Part shown: positions 62,952 through 64,000 of the stretch, one piece after another
Layout of the letters: every line of letters begins with the position of its first letter
Position numbering within the stretch: position 1 is the first letter of the stretch
DNA from: an uncultured Parcubacteria group bacterium
GTDB lineage: Bacteria; Patescibacteriota; Patescibacteriia; UBA9934; CAMTUG01
Direction: 5' to 3'
Assembly: GCA_947084965.1 (NCBI GenBank)
Contig: CAMTUG010000001.1
Location: 211,914-275,913 of the forward strand
Length of the DNA stretch: 64,000 nucleotides
Position numbers and translations under genes: made by a program
Notes under the pieces: generated by a model
Databases searched by the model: none
What the model was told of the DNA's origin: nothing
Seen by the model: only the letters and a program-made list of their open reading frames with translations

Positions 62952-64000
62952 ATGTTGGAATCTGTTGCTGCCTTAAAGATTATTCTGTTAACGACGTTGT
63001 CGTTCGGTTTGGCAATGCTTTGGATGCCGATCCTCCTTCGGATTTTGCACAGATATAAATTAGGCAAGTCCATTCGCGATTCGTTGACCGCCCCGATTTA
63101 CGCCGCGCTTCACGCCAAAAAGTCTGGGACGCCGACCATGGGCGGGGTGCTCGTTTGGGGGACCGTTTTGATGCTGGCACTTATCGTCATGATCATTTCT
63201 CGCCTGGCTCCGGATACCTTTTTTGGTTCACTGAATTTCATCTCTCGCGAGCAAACCTTGTTGCCGTTTGGGGCGTTGATCGCTTCCGGTCTCATCGGGT
63301 TAATCGATGACTACATGAACGTGCGTCGCATCGGCCCCCATGGCGGCGGGGTGCGCTTCCGTCACCGGTTGATGATGTATGCCGCGATCGCCGCGGTTGG
63401 AGCCTGGTGGTTTTACGCCAAGCTCGATTGGGACTTGCTGCACGTGCCGTTTTTTGGTGACTTCGAACTCGGCTGGATCTATCCGATCTTCTTCCTGCTC
63501 GTTATCGTCAGTACGTCGTTTTCGGTTAATCAAACCGACGGCCTGGACGGGCTCGCGGGCGGATCGTTGTTGACGTCCCTCGGTGCTTTTGGAGCGATCG
63601 CTTTTTTGCAGGGGCGGTTCGATCTTACGGCACTCTGCGGTGTGGTCATCGGTGCCTTGCTCGCCTTCCTCTGGTGGAATATTCACCCAGCGAAATTTTT
63701 TATGGGCGACACAGGGGCAATGTCGCTTGGGGTTCTGCTCGGAATCGTGGCGATGCTTCTTAATCAGCCTTTGCTGCTCCCGATCGTCGGGATCGTTTTC
63801 GTGATTGAAGGGGTCAGTACCCTCGTGCAGATCTTTTGGAAAAAGGTGTACGGCAAAAAACTTCTCCTTTCCTCGCCCATCCACCATCATTTTGAGGCGC
63901 TCGGATGGGGAGAATGCACGATCGTAATGCGTTCCTGGGTGATCTCCATCGTCGCAGCGGCTCTCGGTGTCGTCCTGGCGCTGGTCGATATGGCGCGGTA
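62952..64000 (+). CDS. mraY: Phospho-N-acetylmuramoyl-pentapeptide transferase (stop at or beyond the window edge)
   Basis: KKSGTPTMGG, NQTDGLDGLA, FMGDTG, PIHHHFE; not in the ORF track because it is unterminated. Confidence 0.95.
   Translation, partial: MLESVAALKIILLTTLSFGLAMLWMPILLRILHRYKLGKSIRDSLTAPIYAALHAKKSGTPTMGGVLVWGTVLMLALIVMIISRLAPDTFFGSLNFISREQTLLPFGALIASGLIGLIDDYMNVRRIGPHGGGVRFRHRLMMYAAIAAVGAWWFYAKLDWDLLHVPFFGDFELGWIYPIFFLLVIVSTSFSVNQTDGLDGLAGGSLLTSLGAFGAIAFLQGRFDLTALCGVVIGALLAFLWWNIHPAKFFMGDTGAMSLGVLLGIVAMLLNQPLLLPIVGIVFVIEGVSTLVQIFWKKVYGKKLLLSSPIHHHFEALGWGECTIVMRSWVISIVAAALGVVLALVDMAR

Noticed and set aside
1-64000. Alternative genetic code (TGA recoding)
   Set aside because: Conserved genes are full length under code 11 and several end in TGA.

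Overview
This window looks like part of a Patescibacteria (CPR, Parcubacteria-like, possibly Uhrbacteria) chromosome; the taxonomy is my inference from gene content and style. The backbone has moderate GC and carries holB, frr, glyQS, tpiA, typA, rpmG, rplI, rpmA, pyrG, mraY (partial), four tRNAs, a 2885-aa surface protein, a rhamnose/GT2 cluster and a Trx/VKOR pair. Most backbone genes start at ...TATG with no Shine-Dalgarno (SD) sequence. About 15 visibly GC-richer genes are interleaved with it: a 7-gene array at 1-3433 and 8 dispersed genes. These nearly all have strong SD sequences. Almost all are followed on the sense strand by a GC stem-loop whose loop contains AC[T/G], which is my best candidate for an undescribed system. 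Other notable features are a ~400-nt structured leader RNA, a four-helix-bundle gene enclosed by heptamer-built inverted repeats with an 'empty' copy 2 kb away, heptamer repeats written into coding genes, a Thr-rich leader peptide attenuator ahead of a SerB-like phosphatase, tRNA-mirroring elements and a 112-bp palindrome. All calls were made by eye and no searches were run.
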